Shown piece by piece: positions 55,872 through 64,000 of a stretch of DNA of 64,000 nucleotides. This stretch comes from Candidatus Omnitrophota bacterium. GTDB taxonomy: Bacteria > Omnitrophota > Gorgyraeia > Gygaellales > Profunditerraquicolaceae. Where the stretch lies: NCBI GenBank assembly GCA_018825985.1, contig JAHKAP010000077.1, positions 566-64,565 of the forward strand, read 5' to 3'. Position 1 is the stretch's first letter. The number at the start of each line of letters is the position of its first letter. The notes under the pieces are model-generated. The model made no database searches. It was not told where the DNA came from and saw only the letters and a program-made list of their open reading frames with translations. The position numbers and the translations under genes were made by a program.

Positions 55872-57119
55872 TTATTTTGACAGTTCCGGGTATAAGGGGA
55901 ACTTGGAAGTCAAATCCAAGACCCCTTGTTTTATTTTGGATAATTTATCTTCATCATTGCGGAAAGTAACGGCCTGATCAATAAAATCAGCTACCCTGTC
56001 GATCTCGTTTTCTTTGATCCCCCGGGTGGTTATTGCCGGTGTGCCAATGCGGATCCCGCTGGCGAGAGCAGGAGACAACTGATCATAAGGTATCAGGTTC
56101 TTATTCAGGGTAATATTAACCCTGCCTAATAATTCCTGAGCTTCCTTACCGGTTATATTCTTAGAGGTCAGGTCCACTAAAATCATATGGTTATCTGTCC
56201 CGCCGGTGATGATCCTAAAACCCCTCTCCTGTAATTTTTCTGCCATCCGCTTACTGTTCTTTACGATCTGGGACTGATAAGCCTTAAATTCAGCTGTTTT
56301 CGCTTCATAAAATGCTACGGCCTTGGCGGCAATCACATGCATTAGCGGGCCACCCTGCATGCCGGGGAATACAAGAGAATCTAACTTTTTGGCAAATTCT
56401 TTTTTGGCCAGGATAAATCCGCCGCGGGGTCCGCGAAGAGTCTTATGAGTAGTCGAAGTAACGAATTCAGCATAAGGAAGAGGTGAAGGATGGATACCCG
56501 CAGCTACCAACCCGGCGATATGTGCCATATCCACAAAAAGAAAACTGCCGGACTTATCAGCTATTTCTCTTAAGTTTTTGAAATCTATCTCCCTGGGATA
56601 AGCCGAAGCTCCGGCCAGGATAAATTTAGGCTTGTGCTTTTTGGCTAAGTCCTCAATTTGATTATAATCAATCCTCTCAGTCTGTTTGTCTACGCCGTAG
56701 GCTATCTGGTTATAAAAGATACCGGAAAAATTTTTCGGGCTGCCGTGAGAAAGATGACCTCCACAGGCTAAATCCATAGCCAAATAGGTATCTTTCGGCT
56801 CTAAGGCCACAAAATAAACAGCCATATTAGCCTGGGTCCCGGAATGAGGCTGAACATTGGCATATTCAGCGCCGAATAATTCCTTTACCCGTTGGATCGC
56901 CAAATCTTCAACCATATCTACATATTCGCATCCACCATACCAACGCCGGCCAGGATACCCTTCAGCGTATTTATTGGTCATTACTGACCCCTGGGCCTCC
57001 ATTACCGCTAAAGAGGTAAAGTTCTCTGAGGCGATCAATTCCAAATGCTCTTGCTGCCTTTTGATCTCCTGCTGAACCGCCTCATAAACCCGGGGGTCAA
57101 CCTTTTTTAAATGTTCCAT
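55872..57119 (-). CDS. glyA: serine hydroxymethyltransferase
   Basis: [11 protein letters not shown] and [12 protein letters not shown] motifs. 415 aa. Confidence 0.95.
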   Translation of the reverse strand: MEHLKKVDPRVYEAVQQEIKRQQEHLELIASENFTSLAVMEAQGSVMTNKYAEGYPGRRWYGGCEYVDMVEDLAIQRVKELFGAEYANVQPHSGTQANMAVYFVALEPKDTYLAMDLACGGHLSHGSPKNFSGIFYNQIAYGVDKQTERIDYNQIEDLAKKHKPKFILAGASAYPREIDFKNLREIADKSGSFLFVDMAHIAGLVAAGIHPSPLPYAEFVTSTTHKTLRGPRGGFILAKKEFAKKLDSLVFPGMQGGPLMHVIAAKAVAFYEAKTAEFKAYQSQIVKNSKRMAEKLQERGFRIITGGTDNHMILVDLTSKNITGKEAQELLGRVNITLNKNLIPYDQLSPALASGIRIGTPAITTRGIKENEIDRVADFIDQAVTFRNDEDKLSKIKQGVLDLTSKFPLYPELSK

Positions 57120-57567
57120 TCTCTATCTTCCTTTCAATCGCCCTGATTTGATTAAGCCTTTTAATGTGCCTTCCGCCTTCAAATTCGGTATTTAACCATA
57201 TCCCTAAGATCTTTAAAGCTTTTTTTTCTTTTGAGAATAAAGCTCCTAACACCAGTATATTACTATCATTATGCCGGCGGGAAAGAACAGCCGCTTTGGG
57301 ATTATAACATAGGGCTGCCCTTACCTTAGGGAATTTATTGGCTACAATAGAATTGCCGATACCGCTCTTACAGATCAATACCCCTCTTTTATATTTTCCC
57401 AGGGAGACACTTCTGGCTAAGGCATAAGCGAACTGGGGATAATCGCAGCGCTTCTCGGAAAAAGCCCCGCAATCCTTAACCTTAAAACCTTTTTTAACCA
57501 GGTAGGTTTTTAATTTATCTTTTAAATTAAAACCGCCGTGGTCAGAGGCTATGGCAATATTCTTCAT
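57097..57567 (-). CDS. rpiB: ribose-5-phosphate isomerase B
   Basis: N-terminus [12 protein letters not shown] and the conserved active-site Cys context. 156 aa. Confidence 0.85.
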   Translation of the reverse strand: MKNIAIASDHGGFNLKDKLKTYLVKKGFKVKDCGAFSEKRCDYPQFAYALARSVSLGKYKRGVLICKSGIGNSIVANKFPKVRAALCYNPKAAVLSRRHNDSNILVLGALFSKEKKALKILGIWLNTEFEGGRHIKRLNQIRAIERKIENGTFKKG

Positions 57568-58634
57568 ATGATCTCGCTTATCCTTTCTATGGCCTGTTTT
57601 ATAGTATCCATGGTCCGAACGTAAAATTCTTTAGGCTTACCTATGGGATCGCTGATATCCATATTATTATCATCAGCGCCTGCTTTAGCAAATTCTTTCA
57701 AAAGGAACAACCTGTTTTTTACCTGGGGGTCAAGCTGGAGGATCCTCTCTTCATGAAAATGTTCCATTACCAGTATTATATCAGATTTATTCAGCATATC
57801 CCTGGTTACTTTCTGAGAAATATGCTTAGATACGTCCATGCCTTCCTCGGCCAGAAGTTCCTTGACCTCCAGGGTCGCTCCTAACCCGCCGAACAACATG
57901 GTTCCGGCGGACAGAACCTCAACATCTTTTATTCCTTTATCTTTTAATTTCTTTTCAAAAATGGCTTGGGCCATAACTGAACGGCAGGAATTACCGGTGC
58001 AAATAAATAAAACTGTCTTTTTTTTGGCCGCCGACTCAATATCTGATCTTTTAATCGCTCCTTCTCTTAACACCTTAAACGGATCCGTGGTAAAATCAAC
58101 TACCGATGATTCTATTCTGACACGGGTACTGCCGGCATCGATTGCAAAATCTACCAGGCCTTTAAAATCCCTGATCGCTTCCTGAAAATTTATGGGTGGC
58201 GGATTACCGGAAATATTTGCCGAAGGACAAACCACATCAACTCCGGATAAATCAATCACTCTTAAGGCGATTTTATCATCCGGCATACGAATACCCACGC
58301 TTCCCTGCCCGTCTATAGATTTTAAAACCAGGGTCAGCGGACCGGGCCAGAATTTATCTATTAGTTTATAGGCTGATACGGGTATTCCGGAAGCAAAATC
58401 CTCAACTCTTTCTTTTTGGGCGATATGCAAAGAAAAAACTTTTTCTTTCGGCCTTTTTTTAATCTCGGCTAATTTATCTACGGCCCTTCGATTCTGGCGG
58501 TTAGCGGCAATCCCATAAACTGTCTCAGTAGGAATAATCACTAAACCGCCTTCTCTTAATATATCCGCTGCCTTATGAAGATATTCTTCCTGCGGATCAT
58601 TGGGGTCAAGTTTAATTATTTTTGTCTGTAACAT
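57564..58634 (-). CDS. YrdC/TsaC (L-threonylcarbamoyladenylate synthase) domain fused to low-molecular-weight protein phosphatase
   Basis: An N-terminal YrdC domain (LVIIPTETVYGIAANRQN) and a C-terminal LMW-PTP P-loop VLFICTGNSCRSVMAQAIF (CX5R). 356 aa. Confidence 0.75.
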   Translation of the reverse strand: MLQTKIIKLDPNDPQEEYLHKAADILREGGLVIIPTETVYGIAANRQNRRAVDKLAEIKKRPKEKVFSLHIAQKERVEDFASGIPVSAYKLIDKFWPGPLTLVLKSIDGQGSVGIRMPDDKIALRVIDLSGVDVVCPSANISGNPPPINFQEAIRDFKGLVDFAIDAGSTRVRIESSVVDFTTDPFKVLREGAIKRSDIESAAKKKTVLFICTGNSCRSVMAQAIFEKKLKDKGIKDVEVLSAGTMLFGGLGATLEVKELLAEEGMDVSKHISQKVTRDMLNKSDIILVMEHFHEERILQLDPQVKNRLFLLKEFAKAGADDNNMDISDPIGKPKEFYVRTMDTIKQAIERISEII

Positions 58635-59117
58635 TTATATTTCAAGTTTTATATTCCTGATTTTTGAACGCATATCTTTCTTATATTGCGAAAGCTTTGC
58701 TTGTATCTTTTTATCAAAAGTTCCAAGAATAGCCAAAGCAAATAAACCAGAGTTTTTTGCTCCGGCTTTTCCAATGGCCATTGAAGCTACCGGAACACCT
58801 CCGGGCATCTGGACCGTAGACAAAAGAGAATCTATTCCTTTAAGGCTGGAGGTTTCTATTGGGATACCGATAACCGGCAAAATAGTATGCGCGGCTATAA
58901 CTCCGGCTAATGCAGCTGCTCCGCCTGCCGCAGCAATAAAAACTTTTACGCCTCTGGCGGGCGCTGCCTCCACATATTTGGCCAATTCTTTAGGTGTGCG
59001 GTGAGCTGATAAAACCTTAACTTCGAAATCCGCCTTAAATTCCTTTAAAACACTGATTGCCTCATTTACCGTTTCTAAATCCGACTGACTTCCCATTATT
59101 ATACTTATTTTATTCAT
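58635..59117 (-). CDS. purE: N5-carboxyaminoimidazole ribonucleotide mutase
   Basis: ISIIMGSQSD...VFIAAAGGAA motifs. 160 aa. Confidence 0.9.
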   Translation of the reverse strand: MNKISIIMGSQSDLETVNEAISVLKEFKADFEVKVLSAHRTPKELAKYVEAAPARGVKVFIAAAGGAAALAGVIAAHTILPVIGIPIETSSLKGIDSLLSTVQMPGGVPVASMAIGKAGAKNSGLFALAILGTFDKKIQAKLSQYKKDMRSKIRNIKLEI

Positions 59118-59140
59118 CTTCCCTCCCCAAATGCTGCCTG

Positions 59141-60439
59141 CTAACTACTACTTACTGCCTTTTGGCCGATATCCCGGCGATAATGCATCCCTTCAAAACT
59201 AATCTTTCCTACTGCCTGGTAAGTATTATCAATTGCCTCTTTTACGGTATTGCCTAAGCCGGTAACTCCCAGCACTCTTCCTCCATTAGTCATATATTTA
59301 GCTGTAGACTGTTGACCGTGGACAGCGGGCCTGATCGTCCCGGAGTGGAAAACTACAATATCTTTTATTTGAGCGGCTTGATCCAGGCCGAATATTTTTT
59401 TATCTTTTTGATAGGCACCTGGATAACCTTCAGAAGCGCAGACTACGCAAACACAAGAGCGCTCATCCCATTTAAACTGGCTGATCTTGCTTAATTTACC
59501 TTCGACAACAGCCAACATTACTTCCAGCAGATCTGATTTCATCCTGGGCAATATTGCTTGGGTTTCGGGATCGCCGAAACGCACATTAAATTCAAGGGTC
59601 TTTGGCCCATCCTTAGTAAGCATAATCCCGGCATAAAGCACGCCCTTATATTCTATGCCTTCTTTAGCCAATCCATCAATGGTCCGGTAAATTATTTTCT
59701 CCAATATCTCTTTAAACAAACCAGGTGTAACTATTGCGGCCGGAGAATAAGCGCCCATACCTCCGGTATTCGGGCCTAAATCATTATTAAATACTCTTTT
59801 ATGATCCTGGGCAGAAGCTAAAGCAACAACTTCTTTTGAATCCGTGATAACCAAGATTGAGGCTTCCTCACCTTCTAAACATTCTTCAATGATAACTTTA
59901 TCTCCGGCAGAACCAAATACCTTATCCTCCATAATCATTCGCAGGGCGTCTTTGGCTTCATCAACTGTTTTAGCTACAACTACGCCTTTACCCTGGGCCA
60001 GGCCATCAGCCTTAACAACGCAAGGTGAACCTTTTTTTTCAATATATCTTTTGGCATCTTCCGGATCATCGAAAACTTTAAAATCAGCAGTGGGAACTTT
60101 GTATTTTGCCATCAGCTCCTTGCTAAAAACTTTGCTTCTTTCCAGATTAGCGGCTCGTTTATTCGGGCCGAATATCTTAAGCCCGGCTTTCTGAAATTCA
60201 TCCACGATACCGTTAGCTAAAACAGCTTCCGGTCCAACCACGGTAAGATCAATCTTTTCTTCTCGGGCAAATTCCAACAACCCAGAAATATCATCGGTTT
60301 TAATCGGGATGCATTCAGCTATATCGGCGATACCGCCGTTACCCGGAGCGCAAAATATTTTCTTAGCCAGTTTAGATTGCGCTATCTTCCACACAATCGC
60401 ATGCTCCCTGCCCCCCGAACCAATTACCAATATTCGCAT
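59141..60439 (-). CDS. purD: phosphoribosylamine-glycine ligase
   Basis: N-terminus MRILVIGSGGREHAI and ATP-grasp architecture. 432 aa. Confidence 0.9.
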   Translation of the reverse strand: MRILVIGSGGREHAIVWKIAQSKLAKKIFCAPGNGGIADIAECIPIKTDDISGLLEFAREEKIDLTVVGPEAVLANGIVDEFQKAGLKIFGPNKRAANLERSKVFSKELMAKYKVPTADFKVFDDPEDAKRYIEKKGSPCVVKADGLAQGKGVVVAKTVDEAKDALRMIMEDKVFGSAGDKVIIEECLEGEEASILVITDSKEVVALASAQDHKRVFNNDLGPNTGGMGAYSPAAIVTPGLFKEILEKIIYRTIDGLAKEGIEYKGVLYAGIMLTKDGPKTLEFNVRFGDPETQAILPRMKSDLLEVMLAVVEGKLSKISQFKWDERSCVCVVCASEGYPGAYQKDKKIFGLDQAAQIKDIVVFHSGTIRPAVHGQQSTAKYMTNGGRVLGVTGLGNTVKEAIDNTYQAVGKISFEGMHYRRDIGQKAVSSS

Positions 60440-60441
60440 AT
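60398..60441. repeat. 44-bp perfect direct repeat, copy A (covers purD codons 1-14)
   Basis: cgcatgctccctgccccccgaaccaattaccaatattcgcatat, identical to 61908-61951. Confidence 0.85.
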
Positions 60442-60448
60442 TTTTCTT

Positions 60449-61894
60449 CTAATATAAAGTTTCGATAAACACGGGAATATTACCCAGATCGACGCTTATA
60501 TTAGCGCTAATGACCGCTTTGGAATATGCCTTAAATGCGGTATTATAATCTGCTACTTCTTTTCCCGATTTATATCTAGGCACTGCCTCAGTGATTAGTA
60601 CCTGTTTTGCCGGTATATCTGAAATTGCGATTTCTCTTTCCTGTACATTATCATTCCAGGCTACCCAGATAGGTTTGCCTTGCTTGGTGAATCTAAAGAT
60701 ATAGATACCGTCTTTTTCTTGGACTGTCTGGATATCGCTCATTTCGCTGCCTCCCAAAATATCGGCCATCTTCCTATAAGTATAATAGGCAAGCTTCTTA
60801 TGGGAAAGGCCGTGGTTTTGGGGATTATGGATTAAACCTACATTATCGAATACTCCATTGGGCCTACCTCCAAAGTTATGCCATTCTGTCAAAGTTACCC
60901 AGAATAATTTCTTGATTCCTTTGGACAGGGAATAGACATACAGCCTGATTAAATCGAGCGCCTGTTTTTCTTCGCTGTGGGATAGCGAAGATTTTCCGGC
61001 TGTCAACGCAGGGAGATTCGGCTGACCGCTATATTGGGCGGTTTCAGTTATAAAAATCGGCGTATTGCCAAACCCGTGTTCTGACAAAGATTGCTTGATA
61101 TTCTGAATATACTCGTCAAGATAGAAAACTTTACCGGCCTGAGAAAAACGGTCGAACAACCAATTATATTGTCCTTCAAAAGGGAACCAGTGAAAGTCAA
61201 AAATATCAAAATACCTGTCTTGCGGATTATCGCGGATTCTGCTTAATTCTTCCAATACGTGTATATAAAATTTTCTTGTTCCGGCAAATCCTTCAGGGCT
61301 TCCTACGCCAGCAATCGCCACCAATGACCTGGGGCTGGCTTCCTTAATTATCTTATAGGACTCTTTTAAGAGACGTGCATAATCTGCTGGAGTACCTTTC
61401 CAAAATAAATCCGGCTCATTGGTTAGCTGCCAGATACTAACTACAGGCGAGCCTGGGGCATCATCAATGCCATCTCCATCATACCTTTCAACCGCTCTCC
61501 TTAAAAAATCTCCATAGGCCTGCATATCATTGGGCATCTGTTCGTTTCGTCGCGGGTTTCTACCCTGATCCCAGGAGCTTGCCGGCAGGATGGTGACAAA
61601 CATTTTTATATTGCTTTTAAATGTTTTCAAATAGAGCTGATCGTGGAAAGCCCAGCGAAATGTGCCTTTTTGGGGTTCAATAAAGTCCCAAACAATCCCG
61701 TTGCGTCCGGCATAACGCACCCATTCAGCTCCCGTTGCGGCTACATCTTCGATCCTGTCTATATCTGGAACTACTGGGCCGTGGATACCAAAAGGCGAAT
61801 CTTCGTTTTTTGAAGTTAACGGTTGAGCAAAAGCGACGCGGATCCCCGCCACAATTATCGCTATCACAAAAAAAGCAGTATTTAATTTATACAT
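60449..61894 (-). CDS. secreted glycoside hydrolase, clan GH-A (GH5-like) TIM-barrel
   Basis: Signal peptide. WQLTNEPD (acid/base NEP) and FITETA (nucleophile-like TE) motifs. 481 aa. The family assignment is approximate. Confidence 0.5.
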   Translation of the reverse strand: MYKLNTAFFVIAIIVAGIRVAFAQPLTSKNEDSPFGIHGPVVPDIDRIEDVAATGAEWVRYAGRNGIVWDFIEPQKGTFRWAFHDQLYLKTFKSNIKMFVTILPASSWDQGRNPRRNEQMPNDMQAYGDFLRRAVERYDGDGIDDAPGSPVVSIWQLTNEPDLFWKGTPADYARLLKESYKIIKEASPRSLVAIAGVGSPEGFAGTRKFYIHVLEELSRIRDNPQDRYFDIFDFHWFPFEGQYNWLFDRFSQAGKVFYLDEYIQNIKQSLSEHGFGNTPIFITETAQYSGQPNLPALTAGKSSLSHSEEKQALDLIRLYVYSLSKGIKKLFWVTLTEWHNFGGRPNGVFDNVGLIHNPQNHGLSHKKLAYYTYRKMADILGGSEMSDIQTVQEKDGIYIFRFTKQGKPIWVAWNDNVQEREIAISDIPAKQVLITEAVPRYKSGKEVADYNTAFKAYSKAVISANISVDLGNIPVFIETLY

Positions 61895-61895
61895 A

Positions 61896-61949
61896 TTACC
61901 TTAGCAACGCATGCTCCCTGCCCCCCGAACCAATTACCAATATTCGCAT
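61896..61949 (-). other. 17-codon leader ORF derived from duplicated purD start (MRILVIGSGGREHALLR), stop 1 nt before GH gene ATG
   Basis: Manual translation of the minus strand gives ATG...TAA-T-ATG(GH). The purD-type GGAGG RBS lies 12 nt upstream of this ATG. Confidence 0.4.
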
Positions 61950-61951
61950 AT
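61908..61951. repeat. 44-bp perfect direct repeat, copy B
   Basis: Identical to 60398-60441. Confidence 0.85.
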
Positions 61952-62003
61952 TACTTTCTTGCCTCCAATACTAACATAGGGCAGTCTAAAACGTCTACAC
62001 CAC

Positions 62004-63134
62004 CTACTCAAGCACAACAATAGGACTTTTACCAAAAGCTATTAAACCCAATCGCCGAGTCTCTAAATCGATTAAAATAATCTGGTTGCCCATTTGACAA
62101 ACAACCTGATCCTCCGGCAAAACTGTTGCTGTAGTTATCGACCATCTCAAAAAAGGAGCATCTAAATTAAACCAAAATCTTTTACCGGTCTTTTTATTTT
62201 CCGCTCTAAACCCCCGCATAACCCAATCACCAGCAAATACGTCCCAGTCACGCATACTCTTTGACCCAAAATAAATAGCCGGTTCATTCCTATACCACCA
62301 TTTCCTGCTTGCATCACAAGCCCCGCTAACAGCTGTTAGTCCGGGAAGATCTTTCAATAAAATCTTTGATTCAATTTCAACACCATCATCATTGATTTTA
62401 CGCCACTGGGCATTTAAAATTGTTTTCTCATCTTTATTGCATGTAAAAAGTTCTACATCCTGATTAGTAGAGCCGGTATCTTTAATTCTCTGTTTATCAG
62501 AACCATTTGCCTTGATTTTATACAATGCGCCATCTTTTAAAGAAATGAAGTAAATCCAGGCATTATTGGTCTTTAAAAAATATGGTGATTTTTCTATTTT
62601 CATATTACTGATAGCGCTGATATCACTAGCAGAAAAATAGAATGGAATAAAAATAGCGTATGATATTATGTTGACGATAATGCTTGCTTTCAAAGAAATA
62701 CAACCTCGGCCTTCTTTACCCTTAAGAATCCAAAAGCAAAAAAACCACTGAATCGACATTGTTGTTAAATAAGATAAAATCAGCATTATAATAATAATCG
62801 GGAAAAAGTTATTGATCGAAGCGTGATTATTTATTGTATTTTTCAATGGCTGTATTCCTATTGCGCCAGCGATCATTGATATGTAATTTGCAAGTATCAT
62901 AATAGAAATACTTCTTCTTAGGCGAACCCCAAATAATCTGGCGATAATTAAACCTTCAAATATACCTATAATTGCGTTACCAATTAGCATATGGCTAGTA
63001 TATAAAACTGATAATGCAGATATGCCGCCCGCATATGCACACTTTGGCGCAAAAAAGAATAAACAATAAATAATCAGCCATAAATACTTCCAATAATTCT
63101 TATATTTACCGTCTCTGGAAAAAGTATTTTTCAT
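62004..63134 (-). CDS. hypothetical membrane protein with C-terminal soluble domain (AT-rich gene)
   Basis: A 376-aa protein with about 5 N-terminal TM helices and a ~200-aa C-terminal domain (WWYRNEPAIYFGSKSMRDWDVFAGDW). No family is recognised. Its base composition is visibly more AT-rich than neighbouring genes. Confidence 0.3.
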   Translation of the reverse strand: MKNTFSRDGKYKNYWKYLWLIIYCLFFFAPKCAYAGGISALSVLYTSHMLIGNAIIGIFEGLIIARLFGVRLRRSISIMILANYISMIAGAIGIQPLKNTINNHASINNFFPIIIIMLILSYLTTMSIQWFFCFWILKGKEGRGCISLKASIIVNIISYAIFIPFYFSASDISAISNMKIEKSPYFLKTNNAWIYFISLKDGALYKIKANGSDKQRIKDTGSTNQDVELFTCNKDEKTILNAQWRKINDDGVEIESKILLKDLPGLTAVSGACDASRKWWYRNEPAIYFGSKSMRDWDVFAGDWVMRGFRAENKKTGKRFWFNLDAPFLRWSITTATVLPEDQVVCQMGNQIILIDLETRRLGLIAFGKSPIVVLE

Positions 63135-63254
63135 ATTTAGTTATTTTTATAAAACGCCGTCATGAATATCGCCCCATAGATTTAAAATAAAAAACCTTAT
63201 TTAAACCACTTTTCAAATATATTAATAAGCCCTGACTGATTTTCGCAGTTATTG

Positions 63255-63345
63255 TCTCTAGCGGGTGACCAAAGGATGGCGGTGACTGGGAGGATCCACG
63301 CCGAGCTAAAGGGACCCAGGAACTGCCTCCTTTGGGCAGGACCCG
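63255..63345. ncRNA. GC-rich structured element (candidate ncRNA/cis-regulatory RNA; strand undetermined)
   Basis: A ~90-nt GC-rich island in AT-rich intergenic DNA. The outer stem gcgggt...acccgc encloses hairpins ggcg-N17-cgcc and ctgcc-tcctttg-ggcag. Confidence 0.25.
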
Positions 63346-63398
63346 CTAATCATAACGGGTAAAACTGCCAAGTTCATTAAATTTTCAGAGAACAGTTA

Positions 63399-63683
63399 TT
63401 AGGCTAGACGCGCGCGGTGTGCCAAAATATTAGCCCAGGTAAACATCATTTCCGCCCATGCCGGATCAGTCTTGTTTCCAGTCTTAAGTTCATTAAAATT
63501 TTTTTTAAAAATATCGAAAGTTTTCTGAAAAGAGAAGGATTTGGGGGCTTTTTCAAGCCAGTTAACATATTCTTCTGTCTCTTCCAGAAATTGGTTCAAG
63601 CGGTTAAGCCTGCCTTCATAAGCCCACCTGCCAAGCCTGCCTAAATTAACTGCAATATTCAAAGCCAACTCTCGCGCATCCAT
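63399..63683 (-). CDS. hypothetical small helical protein
   Basis: A 94-aa protein with no recognisable motif. A 2-nt gap to the next ORF suggests an operon. Confidence 0.3.
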   Translation of the reverse strand: MDARELALNIAVNLGRLGRWAYEGRLNRLNQFLEETEEYVNWLEKAPKSFSFQKTFDIFKKNFNELKTGNKTDPAWAEMMFTWANILAHRARLA

Positions 63684-63685
63684 AG

Positions 63686-64000
63686 TTATCCTAATAAACT
63701 CCTGATTATTTTTTCTATCTGCTTACGGATATCCTGGTCTAAAACTTCCCTGCTAGAATTGCATTGGCCCGGCCTTAAATTAATCACCGAATCAAAATCA
63801 ACCTCATTAGTCTCAAGGTCTATGCCGCCACCCCATAAATCAGCTTGCTTACTGCCGTCATCCAATAATAATTCTTCTTCATCTGAATGAAGTTTGCCTC
63901 CGGCAGCTAGAATCTTACGCTGAATATCAACCACAACCTTAATATAGCCGTCAAAATCCTCAGCTACCTTTTTCAGCGTATCTTCATCGGCTTTCTGCCT
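63686..64000 (-). CDS. hypothetical protein, 5' partial (continues beyond window end)
   Basis: The ORF is open to the window edge (...KADEDTLKKVAEDFDGYIKVVVDIQRKILAAGGKLHSDEEE...). No family is recognised. Confidence 0.3.
   Translation of the reverse strand, partial: RQKADEDTLKKVAEDFDGYIKVVVDIQRKILAAGGKLHSDEEELLLDDGSKQADLWGGGIDLETNEVDFDSVINLRPGQCNSSREVLDQDIRKQIEKIIRSLLG

Noticed and set aside
63255-63345. tRNA, SRP RNA, RNase P or ZTP/ykkC riboswitch assignment for the GC-rich element
   Set aside because: There is no cloverleaf with D/T-arm signatures and no GGAAGCAGCC SRP motif. It is too short for RNase P. Only short word matches to the ZTP or ykkC consensus are present. It is kept only as an unclassified candidate.

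Overview
The window is a gene-dense, mostly minus-strand block; the Ski2-like helicase at 45518-47434 is the only plus-strand gene. I found no rRNA, tRNA or CRISPR array. Together the content suggests an uncultivated Gram-negative fermentative anaerobe with some Firmicutes-like features. Lipid A/LPS genes (lpxK, lpxL-like, waaA, several GT9 heptosyltransferases) co-occur with Firmicutes-like features (rex, spoVG, and the ywlC-ywlE-rpiB-glyA order), with fermentation genes and with an ion-translocating hydrogenase. This lineage assignment is inference only.

Main blocks:
- 1-13062: a rex-ackA unit sits in front of a 13-gene group-4 (Mbh/Mrp-type) [NiFe]-hydrogenase cluster. The large subunit carries both Ni-binding Cys motifs. 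Mrp-like antiporter subunits and a HydB/HydG (AsrA/AsrB-like) NAD(P)H-FeS-flavin module are attached. A near-consensus Rex operator lies downstream of a strong sigma70-like promoter. Two structured intercistronic RNA elements and a PhoU-domain gene are embedded in the operon.
- 13077-16159: envelope and redox proteins, including an M48 HtpX-like protease with a canonical C-terminal EF-hand.
- 16308-26424: an LPS core/lipid A cluster with multi-domain glycosyltransferase (GT) fusions and an LpxL-ELM1 fusion, behind its own promoter and a repeated terminator hairpin.
- 26577-38410: trpD, a GH94-like enzyme, an HD-GYP phosphodiesterase, trpB2, ferritin, a STAS-PilZ fusion and waaA.
- 38513-47434: xerC-topA-dprA-aroK-spoVG-aroC, then the Ski2/HelY-like helicase.
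- 47436-60439: housekeeping genes, including a MacroD-NUDIX fusion, two YjbQ paralogs and a YrdC-LMW-PTP fusion.

The most unusual sequence-level observations are four. First, a secreted glycosidase gene sits exactly at the 5' end of purD. It is flanked by perfect 44-bp direct repeats, which create a 17-aa purD-derived leader ORF translationally coupled to the inserted gene. Second, a diverged duplication of the aroK start forms an ATGA-coupled upstream ORF. Third, a GGGGACAGTCCCC palindromic repeat family occurs at two loci and overlaps gene 3' ends. Fourth, a GC-rich structured segment lies in an AT-rich island at the window end, next to three unannotatable genes.
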